Shown here: positions 10,346 through 20,265 of the stretch, piece after piece
How the letters are laid out: the number at the start of each line of letters is the position of its first letter
Numbering within the stretch: position 1 is the stretch's first letter
From: Massilibacteroides sp.
Lineage (GTDB): Bacteria; Bacteroidota; Bacteroidia; Bacteroidales; Tannerellaceae
Reading direction: 5' to 3'
Length of the DNA stretch: 35,704 nt
Assembly (NCBI GenBank): GCA_036781995.1
Contig: DAIPZX010000001.1
Span: forward strand, 1 to 35,704
Program-made: the position numbers and the translations under genes
Notes under the pieces: generated by a model
The model's input: only the letters and a program-made list of their open reading frames with translations
The model's database searches: none
Told to the model about the DNA's origin: nothing

Positions 10346-11053
10346 TTAATTATTCATCAACTTGCTGCTCCAGCCTGCAGAACTTTTAATGATAAGCACT
10401 CCTTTAGGAAAGGACGCCGCATTCCATGTCCCTTCCGCCTGGTTCTTTTGGAAAGAAGAAACCTGTTGTCCGGTTAGGGTATAAACCGCGATGGTTTCGT
10501 TTGCATTGTTGTTTGATATAGACAGCGTATTCCCGGAAATATAAACTTTGTTATCGGGAAGCGCGATTGTTTCGTTAGCGACAGGGCGGTCTTCGATATC
10601 TAAAAAATCGGTAAGCAGGGCGATACTGTTCCGTTGAAGATTGAACGAAAGAATCTCTTCCGGATTTTCGGGATCGATGATATAGGTTGCCGGCAGATTT
10701 CCCGGCGGCAGGTTATTGGCTACGGCTTCGTAATAAAAGCGTCCTTCGGAGTAACGTTCTCTTTTGGTATAGTCCCAGTCGATATACCATAAAACATAGC
10801 TTTCTTCAATTATCGCTTGTATTTCTTCTGACTGTATTGCCTTAAGTGAAGCCTCGCAACTTGAACAAGTGGTTCTTCCGGCAAACAGGAAAATATATTT
10901 TCCCTCTGCTTTCGCTTTGTCAAAAGCTTCGGTTTTTGATTGATAAAAAGGTTCGATTAACTCATCGTATGATGATTCCTGGGCATGCAAAAAATTGGTC
11001 GATAAAAATAACAGTCCGGCTATAGCGGCTATTAATCCTTTACTTTTTTTCAT
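10346..11053 (-). CDS. Secreted thioredoxin-fold protein with a T9SS type-A-like C-terminal sorting domain
   Basis: Signal peptide MKKSKGLIAAIAGLLFL...LHA-QE (ATG 11053; alternatives 11062 and 11089); AKAEGKYIFLFAGRTTCSSC (CxxC) and NLPATYIID (cis-Pro). The tail VANETI...VYTLTGQQV...PKGVLIIK...SKL resembles a T9SS CTD. Confidence 0.75.
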   Translation of the reverse strand: MKKSKGLIAAIAGLLFLSTNFLHAQESSYDELIEPFYQSKTEAFDKAKAEGKYIFLFAGRTTCSSCEASLKAIQSEEIQAIIEESYVLWYIDWDYTKRERYSEGRFYYEAVANNLPPGNLPATYIIDPENPEEILSFNLQRNSIALLTDFLDIEDRPVANETIALPDNKVYISGNTLSISNNNANETIAVYTLTGQQVSSFQKNQAEGTWNAASFPKGVLIIKSSAGWSSKLMNN

Positions 11054-11168
11054 TGGATTCATTTTTTTGTAATAACGGAAATGTTGCATGCAATATTAAT
11101 AATTTTTTCTCTCTTATGCGAATTTATTTTATAAATAAATCATTTTCAAGGTGTTTTTATGCCTTTTT

Positions 11169-14100
11169 TTATTTCTTGCGTTTAAGGGTGAATATCGGCA
11201 GGTAGAAGAATACGCCAACAACAGACATAATCAGTCCGCCGATTGTTCCGGCGGCAAGGGGAAACCAGAAGGCCTCTTTGTCTGCTCCCACCATGAAGGG
11301 GATAAAGCCGAGTATCGTGGAGGTGACGGTCAGGAAAATGGGGATGATTTTGACGTTCCATGCTTTCAGGTAAGCACGGTAGGGGGACATTTTGGGGTTG
11401 CGTTCCAATAGCTGATTGAATTCATAGAGGATATAAATGCTGGCATTGACGGTGACTCCGCACAGGAGAATAAAAGAAGCGAACCCACCCTGATCGAAAT
11501 TGAGTTTGAACCAGTAGAAGGTCAGGAATACGCCGATATAAGATACAGGGATTACGAAGATCACAGCCAGCGGTTTTCTGAGTGAGTTGAAAAGGACACT
11601 TGACGTGATGAAAATAATCCCGATGATCAGGAATAGCAGCAGGTATTGCTTATTGTCTTTCCTATCCCATGACCAGTAATAGGTGGTGCTCTGTGCGGTA
11701 TAGCCCATTGGCAGGGCAGCATTAAACTCTTTGAGTATCCTTTCCTGTATTTTCTGTCCCTGATTGGAGGCGCCGATGTATTCGTATTGGAGGCAGAGGC
11801 GGTATTGCTGGTTTACTTTGGCTACCTTTTGCGGTGCTTGACCCTTGCCCACTGTGGCGAGTTCGGAGAGTTTGTAGGGTCTGTCTTTTATCTGTTGGGG
11901 TACGTATTGCATACTCCAGATATCGTATTCCCGGGATTGGCGGGAGTTGAGTTTTAGTTTTTCTATTTCGTTATCCACCACAATATTGCCCGTGTAAATA
12001 TCTTTCCCGAATACAGGGCGAAGCGAGGCAAAGAGTTCGATCGGCAGCATGCCTTCTTCCGCCAGACGTCTTTTGTCGAGGTCGAAATAATATTCCTGAT
12101 AGTCGTCTTTCCACCACGAAAACTCAGAATTAATCAGCACCTCCTTGATGCGGCGATAGGTGAGGAGCCGTTCCTTTAAGTCTTCTGCCCATCCGTAGAG
12201 TTCGTCGTAGTTGTAGCCGTACATCTCGATACGGAACGATCCGGCGTTTTCCCGCACATCGTTGCTGAATCCCTGATCCTGCAATCCCCAAACACCCCAG
12301 CTGCCTCCGCCCAGTTCGAGTGCTTTGCTGATAATGCTGCTTTTGAGCGAGTAGGGGAATCCGCTTCGTTCGCTTTCCTTGGTGAAATAAATACGGATAC
12401 CCGCCTGACGCGCGTTGTAAATATTGGTCTGAAACTGGCGTATCTCGGTAAAGGTACTCAGGTAGGCCTCCATGCGTGAGATAAGGTGGTTCATCTGTTC
12501 CAGAGTAGCGCCATTCGGTAGGGTGGCGGAAACGGAGAGGACGGTTTCGTCATTGCGCGTGAAGTAGCTACCGTCATATACCTTCTGCACAAACAGACGT
12601 AGCGTACCGCCGAATATTTTATCTGTTACCGGCTTGATCTTTTCCTTGTAGACCGGTTTGGCTACGATTTCGTTATACTTTTCGATAAAGGTCGAATCCC
12701 GTCCGGTGTATTCTTTCTTTGCGTCATATTCTATCTTGTCGGGCAGGAGAAAAAGCGGAATCCCAAAGGCAAACAGCAATACAACACAGGCTGTTTTTTT
12801 CCAACGGCAGAAGAAGATAATCTGTCGCTCGTAAAAACGGGTGAAATAAACAGCAAACCGTCGTGACCAGGTCTTTGGATGAGGAATAAAGCGATTTGCT
12901 TTCTTCTTCTTGACTGCTGCCGGCTTCTTGTCTAACCCCAGACGTTCGATCAGGGCGGGCACAAAGAACAGGGCGATCAGTAAGGATATGGCAAGGTTAA
13001 TGATGACCACGGCGGCAAAGTCCTGTAAGTTCAAACGTATCTTTTCATCGAGGAAGAAGATGATCATCAGCGCGCCGATCGTGGTCACTGTCGCGGTTAC
13101 AATAGAAAGCGCCGCTCCCAGATTGTGTCGATTGCGGATATGATCCGTCATAACGATGGTGTTGTCAATAATCAAACTGAGCGAAATGGTGATTCCTGCC
13201 AACGAATAAAGCTGCATTTCCAGTCCGAAGAAGTAATAAAAGATCACATCGATACATAAACCGACCAGCAGACTGACCATAATCAAAAACAGATAACGCC
13301 AACTTCGCGTAATCAGCAGCACGAAGGTTAGCAGAATCAGGATGGTTAGTCCCGTTCGGAAGTAGATTTTGTTTAATTCGGTCTGAATATACTCCGTCGC
13401 ATCGTAGCTGGTATGCACTTCGTAACCGGCAGGTAAGGAGGCTTGCATGGCTTCCATTTCTTCCTTTACCAGTTTGGCAAGGCGAAGTTGGTTGGCGGTT
13501 TCCTCTGCCCGGATGGACAGATAGATCGAGTTCAGTCCGTTGATGCGGTAATAGCTTTGCGGGTCTTCTTCCTGACGGGTAACCCGCAACAGTTGATCCA
13601 ACCGGATGAGCGTTCCGTCTTTACCGGTGACCGTAATCCTTGCCGGTTCAAAACCGCCCTGTTCGCCCTCAGGCATAAGCACAAGGCGTATCCACCCTGA
13701 GGTTCCGTTGGTAAACGACAGGTCTGCGTCTGCCGTTCCGAGAAACTCTTTGTTGTAATACTGGCTGATGGCTGTTTGGATATCGTTCAGTGTAATGCCC
13801 AAGGTGGATAATTGTCGGCTGTCATATTCCAGACGCCATTCCATCGGTGTCGCTCCGCTTATATCAATCCGGTAGATGCCCGGAATACCCGAAAGGCGCG
13901 GCTTGATCTGATTCTCGGCGTAACGCTGAATAATAATCGGGGTAGCGGCGGCGTTGAGCGTATAGGTCATGAAAGGCGTTTCATCCTTGTCGTCCGGACG
14001 GGTCATGCTCAGCGCCGGATAGCTTAATCCGTCCGGCAGTTGCGGCCAGGTTTGCCGGATAATGGTGGACGCTTCAAAGCGCGCGGCATCGATATCGGTA

Positions 14101-14387
14101 TGCTTATCCAGTTCGATGGTTACATAGCCCCACCCATTGCCGGAAGTCGAGTTAATCTCCCGGATTCCTTTGATTCGGGCAAGCATGGATTCAAGGCGGG
14201 AAGTTACTTCCATCTCTATCACGCGCGCCGAATTGCCGGGCATCGTATAGTTTACTGTCAACCGCGGCAAGGTGCGCGAAGGCGATAGCTTGACCGGCAA
14301 CAGCGGAATAAACGCGATGCCTGCCAATGCCACACACACGAAGGTGACAATGATTGTAAACGACGATATGCGCGACTTCGTACTCAT
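11169..14387 (-). CDS. RND-family permease, divergent subunit 2
   Basis: 1072 aa with 1+5+1+5 TM organisation; EMEVTSRLES, RINGLNSIYLSI, SLAGITISLSLIIDNTIV and FWFPLAAGTIGGL. Confidence 0.9.
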   Translation of the reverse strand: MSTKSRISSFTIIVTFVCVALAGIAFIPLLPVKLSPSRTLPRLTVNYTMPGNSARVIEMEVTSRLESMLARIKGIREINSTSGNGWGYVTIELDKHTDIDAARFEASTIIRQTWPQLPDGLSYPALSMTRPDDKDETPFMTYTLNAAATPIIIQRYAENQIKPRLSGIPGIYRIDISGATPMEWRLEYDSRQLSTLGITLNDIQTAISQYYNKEFLGTADADLSFTNGTSGWIRLVLMPEGEQGGFEPARITVTGKDGTLIRLDQLLRVTRQEEDPQSYYRINGLNSIYLSIRAEETANQLRLAKLVKEEMEAMQASLPAGYEVHTSYDATEYIQTELNKIYFRTGLTILILLTFVLLITRSWRYLFLIMVSLLVGLCIDVIFYYFFGLEMQLYSLAGITISLSLIIDNTIVMTDHIRNRHNLGAALSIVTATVTTIGALMIIFFLDEKIRLNLQDFAAVVIINLAISLLIALFFVPALIERLGLDKKPAAVKKKKANRFIPHPKTWSRRFAVYFTRFYERQIIFFCRWKKTACVVLLFAFGIPLFLLPDKIEYDAKKEYTGRDSTFIEKYNEIVAKPVYKEKIKPVTDKIFGGTLRLFVQKVYDGSYFTRNDETVLSVSATLPNGATLEQMNHLISRMEAYLSTFTEIRQFQTNIYNARQAGIRIYFTKESERSGFPYSLKSSIISKALELGGGSWGVWGLQDQGFSNDVRENAGSFRIEMYGYNYDELYGWAEDLKERLLTYRRIKEVLINSEFSWWKDDYQEYYFDLDKRRLAEEGMLPIELFASLRPVFGKDIYTGNIVVDNEIEKLKLNSRQSREYDIWSMQYVPQQIKDRPYKLSELATVGKGQAPQKVAKVNQQYRLCLQYEYIGASNQGQKIQERILKEFNAALPMGYTAQSTTYYWSWDRKDNKQYLLLFLIIGIIFITSSVLFNSLRKPLAVIFVIPVSYIGVFLTFYWFKLNFDQGGFASFILLCGVTVNASIYILYEFNQLLERNPKMSPYRAYLKAWNVKIIPIFLTVTSTILGFIPFMVGADKEAFWFPLAAGTIGGLIMSVVGVFFYLPIFTLKRKK

Positions 14388-14390
14388 TCG

Positions 14391-15869
14391 TTAATAGGCC
14401 TGTTTGTAGTCGAAAGTAGAAGAGAGGGAGATGCCTGTCTCAAAATCGTGCAAGGTAAGTTTGCGTATCTTGAAATAACTGAGCCAGTAGTTTTGCAAAG
14501 CCGATATGTAGTTACGTTGCGCAGATTGCTGGCGGTTCAATGATAAGGTGAGACTGTTAATATCCGCTTTCCCGATGATAAAGCGTTGCTTTGTTTCGGC
14601 ATAAGCCATTTGTGCCAGATCAAGTGCTTCTTCCGCGCTTAAGATCATCGCTTGTTGCACATTGAAGTCGCTTACGGTCATAATGACATCTTCTTCGATG
14701 GTAATCTCTTTTTGACGGGAAGAGATTTCGGTTACATTCAGGTTGTTTTTCGCTACATTATGTTTCCCCTTGCGGACGCCCCAGTCTACCAACGGAATCG
14801 ATACCGATACCGACACAATGTCTTGCTGCAACGGACTACGGTAAGCGTTTCTTAAACTTTCCGCTACCTGATTGAAACCCACGCTGGCACGGAAGGATGC
14901 ATTCATTAAGGCTTCCTTCTTCGTGCGATCTACTTCCTGCTCGGCTTCGAGTATCTGCTGGCGTAATTCGAGAAAGCCGGGGTTGTTCTCCCGCGCTAAG
15001 ACTAACGCTTCATCCGCAGATATCTCCATCGTACGCGGACGGCCCGGCAGGCGAAGTTGTATTTGTGCGTCTTTTTCCAGATTGAGGTAGGACGCCAGAT
15101 TAAACATCGCGCGCTTAAGTGCTATATCCGCGTTTTGTAACGTGTTTCTGGCATTCACGGCGTCTAACTTCAAGGTGAGCAGATCCGCTTGGCTGATCGA
15201 AGCTATTTTATGGCGTTGCAGTCCGGTGCGATATAAGGTATCGGTCGAGGCTACGTTTTCACGTGCCAGGTCATACTCCGCTTGTGCCATGGCTAAGCTA
15301 AAGAAATGATCGGTCACTTCCACGCTGATATTCTCCCGGTTAAACAACAATTCCTTTTTTGCCTTCTCATATTTCAGCGGCTCTATCTTGCGCTGCCAGC
15401 GAAAGGGGTTATAGCCAAGCAGGCTTTGTGAATAACCGATACGAATCGGTACGGTCGAGTACTGCGTATACGTTTTGTCACCGAAGTTGCGCATGTAATC
15501 CAGCGAAGAATTCAGAAAGAAACTACCGCCCAAGAGGTCGAAATTCTGGTTCACCTGTAGTTGTCCGCCGGCGTAAAAGGATTGTTGCTCGCGGTAAATA
15601 TCCAGATCGCTTTCCGAATCATACCGTTGAGTAATGTCACGGTAGTACTGCGCCGGCGTAAGGTTTAACGTCAGACTCGGCAGCCTGTCGGCTTTATACG
15701 AACGGTATTCCCAGTAGTTCGCCAGATACATGTTTTTGCTTCTGAATGCTTCCAGCGAACTTTCAGACGCTATTTCTATGGTTCGCTCCAGGGTAAGCAC
15801 TAATTGTTGCGCCGACATGCTTGCAACAGCCAACCAAGGGAGCAGGAGGAGTATATTCAGTCGTTTCAT
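14391..15869 (-). CDS. TolC family outer-membrane efflux channel
   Basis: Signal peptide; repeated OEP pattern (ADRLPSLTL, VSVSIPLVDWG) with long amphipathic helices. ATGA overlap with the upstream RND stop. Confidence 0.92.
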   Translation of the reverse strand: MKRLNILLLLPWLAVASMSAQQLVLTLERTIEIASESSLEAFRSKNMYLANYWEYRSYKADRLPSLTLNLTPAQYYRDITQRYDSESDLDIYREQQSFYAGGQLQVNQNFDLLGGSFFLNSSLDYMRNFGDKTYTQYSTVPIRIGYSQSLLGYNPFRWQRKIEPLKYEKAKKELLFNRENISVEVTDHFFSLAMAQAEYDLARENVASTDTLYRTGLQRHKIASISQADLLTLKLDAVNARNTLQNADIALKRAMFNLASYLNLEKDAQIQLRLPGRPRTMEISADEALVLARENNPGFLELRQQILEAEQEVDRTKKEALMNASFRASVGFNQVAESLRNAYRSPLQQDIVSVSVSIPLVDWGVRKGKHNVAKNNLNVTEISSRQKEITIEEDVIMTVSDFNVQQAMILSAEEALDLAQMAYAETKQRFIIGKADINSLTLSLNRQQSAQRNYISALQNYWLSYFKIRKLTLHDFETGISLSSTFDYKQAY

Positions 15870-18800
15870 ATTGTGTCTGTCTTTGGGTTATCTGTTACTA
15901 ATTTTACATCCTGTTTCCGGTAGATATACCAGTACACTAACGGAATGATGAACAAACTGATGATCGTACCAATAATCATGGCGGAGATCATCGCGATTGC
16001 TAAGGGCTTTTGTAGTTCACTACCCATCTGGCTGGAGAATACAAGCGGAGCCATCCCGAAAATGCTGGTCAGCGCCGTCATTAAGATCGGGCGAAGTCTG
16101 CGTCGGCCACCCTCATGAATTGCTTCGATTACGGGTACGCCTTCTTTTCTCAGTGTATTGATCACATCAATTTTGAGGATGGAGTCGTTGATGATGATAC
16201 CACACGTGACGACAATACCAATGGCACTCATCAGGTTCAGCGTATGGCCGCACAGCCAAAGCACAAACAAAGAGGCCGCTATCGCAATCGGTATTTCAAG
16301 CAGGATGATGAGCGGCTGCAGGAAGCTCTCAAACTCGGCAGACAGGATAAAATACATCAGCAGAACGGAGATGAGGAGGATAACAACCAATTCGGCCAGC
16401 ATCTTTTGGTTAGAGAAGAAGCTGCCTGCGAAATCAATATCCCAGAAGGTCTTCGGCACATTTATCTTTTCCTTTATGGTTTTATCTACATCTGCCACTA
16501 AGCGGTTGCCGTTCTTTACATCGTAAAAACTGAAAGGGACAAATTCTCCGTTTTTACCGGCGGTAATTGTTTTCAGGTCTTCACCCGGTGTGACGCGTAC
16601 TAAGGCCTGCAAGGGAATCTGGTTAATCTTTCCCTGCTTATCCGGTCGTGTGTGGATAAGGGTGTTCCTCAGTACCTCGTCAACAGTTTCGCCCTGTCCT
16701 GCCAATGTGATGGGCAGGTATTGTTGATACGAACGCAAGGTGGCGACTTCGTTTTCCTTGAACGCTGTTTTCAGAATGCGGTAGATCTCGTTATAATCCA
16801 CCCCGTAGAGCAATAGTTTTTGCCGGTCAATGGAAATATTCAATTGATTCTCGAAAGCGATACCTGTTGGCGTATAGCCGGTTCCTTCCCGGATGTCGGC
16901 AATCATTCGCTGAAGCGTTGAGGCTTCCGGCGCTTCCGCTTTGTTGCGGGAGTAGAATTCGGCTACGACATCCGCTTCTCCGGTTACGAAAAGTTTCTCA
17001 TACACCGTTTCGGGAGGCGCGTAGGTATAAACCGCTTTCGGATAATGCTGCTGTAGCCAATTAATCAATGCCTTTTGCAGGCCGGGCAATTGCTTTGCCG
17101 TGGTGGTTTTGAAATAGAACTCTACTTCGGAGGTGGAAAGTTCCTTGTCTTTGTTCAGTAAAAACTGTTGCTGACCAATATAAGCCGTATGCTCAATAAC
17201 TAAGTTTTCTATCTCCGCGAAAAGCGTATTGACCCGCTTGCGACTTTCGTCTACATGAATATTCTCATTCCACTCCACATGAAATAAGAGTTCGTTTTGA
17301 TCTATTACCGGCATACGGGTTTTCGGGATGATATAAAATAAAGCCACGACACAAGGAAGCATCAATGCCAACAGAAACAGGCTGCTTTTTCTGTGACTAA
17401 ACACATAATCTATCCCTTTGTCATAGAAACGATACAAGTCTTCATCCTTAAAGAAACTGCGGAATTTGAAATTGAGAAAACCTCTCTTTATCTCCGGAAT
17501 ACTATAAATCAGCTTGTAAAGTACCGGCAGCAACATAATTCCCGTGCAGTAAGATACCAATAAACCCACGGTAACGGCAAACGCCTGATCATAAAAGATC
17601 GCTCCCGCGATCCCGCTCATAAAAACCAACGGCGTAAATACGGCAATCGTCGTCAGTGTAGAACTAAGCATCGGCGCGATCACTTCCGTAGTCCCTTTGT
17701 CGCAAGACTCCTCTAAAGAGAAGCCCCGCATGCGGTATTGCGTAATATTTTCGGTCACAACGATAGAACTGTCTACCATCATGCCCAGAGCCAGAATCAA
17801 TCCCGATAGCGAAATAATATTCAACGACATGTTGAAGATATAAAAGAACGTCAGACTGGTTACGATACTGGTAAACATGCTCAAGCCAATTACTCCCGGA
17901 CTTTTTACATCACCCAGAAAGAGAATCGCCGTGATGCAGATGAAGATAAATCCCAGAATCAGGTTTTCTTTCAGGTCGGAGATGGTATAATCCAATAATT
18001 CCGTTTGATTCCGGCTGATACTGAATTCGATGTCCGGGTAGATGGACGAAAAATAATCGGTTGTCTCTCCCAGCGTCTCCTTCATATTGTTCATGTTCTC
18101 ATCCGCTTGCTTGATGATCGCCAGCGTAACCGCTCTTTTGCCTCCTGCTATGGAAGCGCCGGTTTCCTTTTCGGGAACGATGTTTACGACTGCCAGGTCT
18201 TTCAATTGAAACAAACGGTCGTGCTGCCGTATGTAGATATTCTCTACGTCTTCTTTCGTACGCAGCAGGGTGGAAAACTTGATGTTGTATTCGTAATATC
18301 CGTCACGAACGGTCATGCTTCCTGGTTCGATGTTATTCGCGGTTAGGGCAGCTTCGATATCCGTAAGCGTAAGTCCTGCCATTTCTAAGGTAAACATATC
18401 CGGAACAATCTGTACCTGCCGCTTCAGAACTCCCGTCATATCGACCATGGCAACTTCCGGTAATTGTTCGATGCGCCGTTTGATCACCGTTTCGGCAAAT
18501 TCGCACAGCTCAAGAAAGGCTTCCTGACCGGATTCGGAATAAGGTTCATCGCTTTTTAACGTCAGGTTCAAACAAAAAACAGGGATGTCCGTAGCGCTTG
18601 CCTTGATCACTCGCGGGCGCTCAATCTCCCGTGGCAGATAGCTCATGGCGGCGTCTATCTTTTCATTTACTTCGATAAAGGCTAAGTCGATATTGGTGCC
18701 GAAATCGAAATTCAGGCGGATAATTCCTGCCCCGTCTCGCGTTTCACTGTGGATGTCACGAAGTTTGCCAACTTGCATTAATTGTTGGCGGATAGGTTTC

Positions 18801-18985
18801 ACCACCGTGTTTTCCAATTCACGCGCGGACGTATTCGTTCCGGATACCTGTACCGTAATTTCCGGTATGGCAATATCCGGCAACAAAGATACGGGCAGCG
18901 CGAAATAAGTAGTCAGCCCGATGATGAAACACGCCGTGAATGCCATAAAAACAGCAATAGGCCGTTGGAGTAGGAATTTAACCAT
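15866..18985 (-). CDS. RND-family permease, subunit 1
   Basis: RPIAV, LPVSLLPDI, LNIISLSGLILALGMMVDSSIV, FESFLQPLII, RRLRPILMT and QKPLAIA. Confidence 0.94.
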   Translation of the reverse strand: MVKFLLQRPIAVFMAFTACFIIGLTTYFALPVSLLPDIAIPEITVQVSGTNTSARELENTVVKPIRQQLMQVGKLRDIHSETRDGAGIIRLNFDFGTNIDLAFIEVNEKIDAAMSYLPREIERPRVIKASATDIPVFCLNLTLKSDEPYSESGQEAFLELCEFAETVIKRRIEQLPEVAMVDMTGVLKRQVQIVPDMFTLEMAGLTLTDIEAALTANNIEPGSMTVRDGYYEYNIKFSTLLRTKEDVENIYIRQHDRLFQLKDLAVVNIVPEKETGASIAGGKRAVTLAIIKQADENMNNMKETLGETTDYFSSIYPDIEFSISRNQTELLDYTISDLKENLILGFIFICITAILFLGDVKSPGVIGLSMFTSIVTSLTFFYIFNMSLNIISLSGLILALGMMVDSSIVVTENITQYRMRGFSLEESCDKGTTEVIAPMLSSTLTTIAVFTPLVFMSGIAGAIFYDQAFAVTVGLLVSYCTGIMLLPVLYKLIYSIPEIKRGFLNFKFRSFFKDEDLYRFYDKGIDYVFSHRKSSLFLLALMLPCVVALFYIIPKTRMPVIDQNELLFHVEWNENIHVDESRKRVNTLFAEIENLVIEHTAYIGQQQFLLNKDKELSTSEVEFYFKTTTAKQLPGLQKALINWLQQHYPKAVYTYAPPETVYEKLFVTGEADVVAEFYSRNKAEAPEASTLQRMIADIREGTGYTPTGIAFENQLNISIDRQKLLLYGVDYNEIYRILKTAFKENEVATLRSYQQYLPITLAGQGETVDEVLRNTLIHTRPDKQGKINQIPLQALVRVTPGEDLKTITAGKNGEFVPFSFYDVKNGNRLVADVDKTIKEKINVPKTFWDIDFAGSFFSNQKMLAELVVILLISVLLMYFILSAEFESFLQPLIILLEIPIAIAASLFVLWLCGHTLNLMSAIGIVVTCGIIINDSILKIDVINTLRKEGVPVIEAIHEGGRRRLRPILMTALTSIFGMAPLVFSSQMGSELQKPLAIAMISAMIIGTIISLFIIPLVYWYIYRKQDVKLVTDNPKTDTI

Positions 18986-18995
18986 AAGGCAGTGT

Positions 18996-20063
18996 TTATT
19001 CGTTTGTTTCTATCAATTTCACCGGTGATTCGTGCGCCAGATTGATATTACCGCTCGTAATCACGACATCCCCTTCCTTCAGTCCTTCCGTGACGGTAAA
19101 GAAACCCGCGTTCTCCAATCCCGTTGTTACGTAGTTCCAATAAGATTTACCCTCTACCAGCGTAAACACCACCTGTTTGCCCGAACGAAGCACCAAAGCC
19201 TCCTTCGGAATAACTAATTGCTCACCGAGTGACCGCTGAATGCTCACCCGGGCGTTCATTCCTTCAAATAATTTGCCGTTATTGCTGACTGCTGCCTTTA
19301 CTTGTACCATTCCCTCCGCGCTAACCAACGGGTTTATTTCAATGATCTGTCCCACTGTTTTCGTATCGCTCAACGCAAAAGGCGTTACCTCCACCTTATC
19401 TCCCATCCGGATGAGCGGCAGTTCGCTTTCCAACACCGTAAAGGATACTTCGAGACTGGTCGGATCAATAATCACACAGAAAGCGTCTGAGGTAGAAGCC
19501 GTATTGAACTGTTTGGCAAATAAATTGGCTACAATGCCGTCATAAGGCGCGCGCAGTACGGCTCGCTCTTCTTCGTGTTTTGCCAGATTATATTGTGCCT
19601 GCGCCTGTGTGTATCCACTTTTGATACCGGCTAACCGGCGGATGTCTGCCGGAACTTTGGCAGAATCTTCCGGAGCATAACCCTGTCCGATCAGTACATC
19701 CTGATACTCCAGACGGCTTTGTTCCAGGGTGTTTTGCGCCTGTTGTAATTTATTCTGTATGCGGAAAGTTGCTAATTCGGCTAATTGCTGCCCTTTTGTT
19801 ACCCGGTCTCCATTTTTTACGTGGATTGCAGCAATCGGTTCGGCCGATTCAAAACGCAATTCGGCGAATCTACGGGCGGTCAGTTTGCCATTACTGATCA
19901 GTTCATGACTAAAATCAATCCGTTTTAAAGGAACTACGGTTACCTCGTTTGTCTCTTCCGGCAGAATCGTTTCAACAGCGCCCTCCGGTTTCTCATTCTT
20001 TTCTCCGGAACAGGCAGCCAAAGCCAGGATAAATGTTAAGCACAGATAGTAATGGAATCTCAT
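18996..20063 (-). CDS. RND periplasmic adaptor (membrane fusion protein), lipoprotein
   Basis: Lipobox LAAC; VKNGDRVTKGQQL, LRAPYDGIV, LFEGMNA, IPKEAL and GLKEGDVVI. Confidence 0.93.
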   Translation of the reverse strand: MRFHYYLCLTFILALAACSGEKNEKPEGAVETILPEETNEVTVVPLKRIDFSHELISNGKLTARRFAELRFESAEPIAAIHVKNGDRVTKGQQLAELATFRIQNKLQQAQNTLEQSRLEYQDVLIGQGYAPEDSAKVPADIRRLAGIKSGYTQAQAQYNLAKHEEERAVLRAPYDGIVANLFAKQFNTASTSDAFCVIIDPTSLEVSFTVLESELPLIRMGDKVEVTPFALSDTKTVGQIIEINPLVSAEGMVQVKAAVSNNGKLFEGMNARVSIQRSLGEQLVIPKEALVLRSGKQVVFTLVEGKSYWNYVTTGLENAGFFTVTEGLKEGDVVITSGNINLAHESPVKLIETNE

Positions 20064-20103
20064 GGTGTTACATCTTTTTTTTGATTAACAGGAACGTTAT
20101 CGG

Positions 20104-20169
20104 CAAATATAAGTAAAAACAATTACGAACTATTCGTAATATCATTATATTTTCCTTATATTTTCCTTA
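20104..20169 (-). promoter_or_regulatory. Promoter of the RND operon with upstream direct repeats and a palindrome
   Basis: -7 box TATATTTG (20104-20111, minus); palindrome ATTACGAA-CTA-TTCGTAAT (20122-20140); tandem TATTTTCCTTA x2 (20148-20169). Confidence 0.7.
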
Positions 20170-20265
20170 CAAAAATCAAAAAGCCCGATTTTATCGTGAG
20201 AAAAGGGGTGTGCAGGTGGTTGTATTTGCAGCAGACTGCAAGCTGATTAAGAAAATAGCATATTG

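Noticed and set aside
11169..20063. RND operon as a heavy-metal (CusA/CzcA) pump or part of a bacteriocin/RiPP cluster
   Set aside because: No evident metal-pump signature or metal-responsive regulator, and no precursor peptide, radical SAM enzyme or peptidase-ABC transporter in the window.
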